Below are positions 61,827 to 64,000 of a stretch of 64,000 nt of DNA, piece after piece (the first letter of the stretch is position 1; the number at the start of each line of letters is the position of its first letter). The notes beneath the pieces were generated by a model. It did no database searches and was not told the origin of the DNA. It saw only the letters and a program-made list of their open reading frames with translations. The stretch lies in assembly GCA_963715985.1 (NCBI GenBank), contig CAVQSP010000021.1:70864-134863 (forward strand), read 5' to 3'. The position numbers were made by a program, and so were the translations under genes. This DNA is from an uncultured Thermoleophilia bacterium. GTDB taxonomy: Bacteria > Actinomycetota > Thermoleophilia > UBA2241.

Positions 61827-63702
61827 ATGCGGCTGATCCCACCCATCATCGCGGAGAGCACGCGGAGCGACGGCGAGCGCGCCGTGTTCGAGGCGCTCGC
61901 CGCGTCGGAGCGGGCGGGCAAGGGGGCGGCCGGCGGGCCGGCCGGCGGCAGCGCCGCCGGCCCCGATACCTCCTCCTGGACGGTCCTCCACTCCTTCGAC
62001 ATCGCCGAGCACCGCCGGCGGCTGGCCGGAGAGATCGACTTCCTCTGCCTGGTCCCCGGCAAGGGTGTGCTCGTGGTGGAGGTCAAAGGCTGTCACTCGC
62101 TGCGCCGGCGGGGCGGCGACTGGTACTACGGCAGCAGCACCGAGCCCGACCACCGGGGCCCGTTCCGCCAGGCCTCGGAGGCCATGCACAGCCTGCGCAG
62201 GCGGCTGGTCAAGCGGCACCCGGAGCTCGCCGGCATCCCCTTCTGGTCGGCGGTGTGCTTTCCGTTCATCGAATTCAGAGAGAGCTCGCCGGAGTGGAAC
62301 GCCTGGCAGGTCATCGACGGCCGCGCCCTGCACGAGCAGCCCATCGCGCGGCTGCTGGAGGACGTGCTCGACCACGCCCGCCGGCGGCTGGCCGAGCGCG
62401 GGGCCGCCTGGTACCACCCGGAACGCGGCGAACCGACGCCGGCCCAGTGCGACGCCCTGGTGGACGTTCTGCGCCCCGACTTCGAGTTCTTCGAGAGCCC
62501 GAAGTCACGCCACCTGCGCCTCGAGGAAGAGGTGCGGCACTACACCGAGGAGCAGTTCGAGGCCCTGGACGCCATCGACCTGAACCCGCGCATCGTCTTC
62601 GACGGGCCCGCCGGCACGGGCAAGACGCTGCTGGCCATCGAGGCCGCGCGGCGCGCCGTGAGCCGCGGGCGCCGCGTGCTGCTGCTGTGCTTCAACCGGC
62701 CGCTGGGCCGCTGGCTGCAGGAGGAGGTGTCCGGCCTGGGCCGCGGCGTCACGGCGCGCACCCTGCACGAGCACCTGCGCCTGCTGGCCGGCATCCAGCC
62801 CACGCGCGCAGCAGCGCTGCCGGCAGGCGTTCTGGCAGGAGGAACTGCCGGCCATGGCCCTCGACGCGCTGCTCGCCCGCGAGGGCAAGCGCGAGATCTA
62901 CGACGAGATCGTGCTGGACGAGGCGCAGGACGTGCTCCGCCGCAGCTATCTGGAGGTGCTCGATCTGAGCCTGAACGGCGGGCTCGGCGGCGGCCACTGG
63001 CGCTTCTTCGGCGACTTCCGCTGGCAGCGCATCTACGACGCCGCGGCGCTGACCGTGGAGGAGTTCCTGGACCCGCCGGCGGAGGCGCGCGCGGCCGGCG
63101 CCGGGCCCATCGCGGCCGCGCGCTGCGCCCTGCGCATCAACTGCCGCAACACGCCGCGCGTGGCCGCCCTGGCCGTCGCCGCCGGCCGCGTGACCCCCGG
63201 CTACAAGCGCGTGCGCCGGCCCGACGACAACGTGGAGCCGGAGGTGTGGTGGTACGAGGACGGCGAGCAGCAGCTCACGCTGCTCCGCGCCGTCCTCACC
63301 CAGCTGCGGGAGGACGGCTTTCACGCCCCCAGCATCGCCGTCCTCAGCCCTCACGGCAACGAGAACTGCGCCGCGGCCCGGCTCACCGAGCAGCCGTGGC
63401 GCGACCGCCTCACGCCGCTCGTCAAGGAGCCGGGCGACGAGGAGGAGGAAGAGGAGGTCGGCGACTGGCTCGCGGCCTGCATCCCCAGCGACCTGGATGC
63501 CGTCAACCTGCGCTCCGGCAACATCAGGTACTCGTCGATCTACCGCTTCAAGGGCCTGGAAGCGCCGGCGGTGGTGATCACGGACGTGGAGGCGCTGGAG
63601 GCCCCGACCGAACGCTCGCTGCTCTACGTGGGCTGCACGCGCGCCCTGGAGCGGCTCGTCATCCTCGCCGACGAGAAGGTGCGCGGGCAGCTGGAGGGGT
63701 GA
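61827..63702 (+). CDS. NERD nuclease + SF1 helicase-like protein; frameshift near 62800
   Basis: VLHSFD, GEIDFL, VVEVKG, GPAGTGKT, DEAQD, NCRNT, RFKGLE, LLYVGCTRA. Confidence 0.88.
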
Positions 63703-64000
63703 GGGCGCCGGCTCGGCGGGACCCTGGGCCATGGCGTCCCATCTCTGCCGGCAGGCCGACGCTGCCTGCTCGGCACCTCGACATCACCGGCCACGGGGCG
63801 GCTTGGCCGCGATGGACTACTCCCCGCCTCCTTCTGCCCGTATCGGTCCTGGACTCCGTGTTTCCGGACCCCGCGTGGAGGTATGAGAGAACTGCAAGGG
63901 ACGGAGCTAAGGATCCGTTCCCCCGGTCGGGTGCAGGGCTGGAGGCCCTGTCTCTACGCAGGTGGGTCCAAGAGGTGAGGAGTGATGGTACACGGCAAAC

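Noticed and set aside
4956-63702. Numerous frameshifts interpreted as pseudogenisation or programmed frameshifting
   Set aside because: They are scattered single-base indels in otherwise well-conserved genes, including metabolic ones, and are best explained by long-read error; real decay cannot be separated without reads
63703-64000. Possible RNA gene or element end near the window edge
   Set aside because: No tRNA cloverleaf or terminal repeat could be recognised, and the context is truncated

Overview
This is very GC-rich bacterial DNA; an Actinomycetota origin and anaerobic capability are inferences. Many genes carry single-base frameshifts, which looks like uncorrected long-read error. 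The flanks are metabolic. The left flank has a Tat sulfatase, a glycyl-radical enzyme with its activase, and an SDR. The right flank has a peptide-type ABC transporter, an MttB-family methyltransferase, an FAD oxidoreductase and a NERD-helicase. Between them lies a ~45 kb accessory/defence hotspot with three parts. (i) At 11.6-17.1 kb, small cassettes are separated by repeated copies of the 3' end of a DUF2075 helicase gene. (ii) At 18.2-35.3 kb, a lower-GC island splits that DUF2075 gene. It encodes Dcm-Vsr-MvaI/BcnI, a NERD-helicase, DrmA/DrmB-like proteins, UvrD and a convergent HEAT-GHKL operon, so it is DISARM-like but with no drmC found. (iii) At 36.7-55.3 kb, a mosaic of toxin-antitoxin modules, NYN RNase genes and duplicated nuclease fragments. 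The most striking unexplained structure is threefold. Every NYN gene has a sigma70 promoter, a short hairpin RNA and a terminator upstream (type III TA-like). A bipartite motif CATCGTCCAC-N11-ATCGTCA occurs five times between cassettes. Cargo blocks are repeatedly bounded by duplicated host-gene fragments, and no integrase or transposase was recognised in the window. No rRNA, tRNA or CRISPR array was seen.
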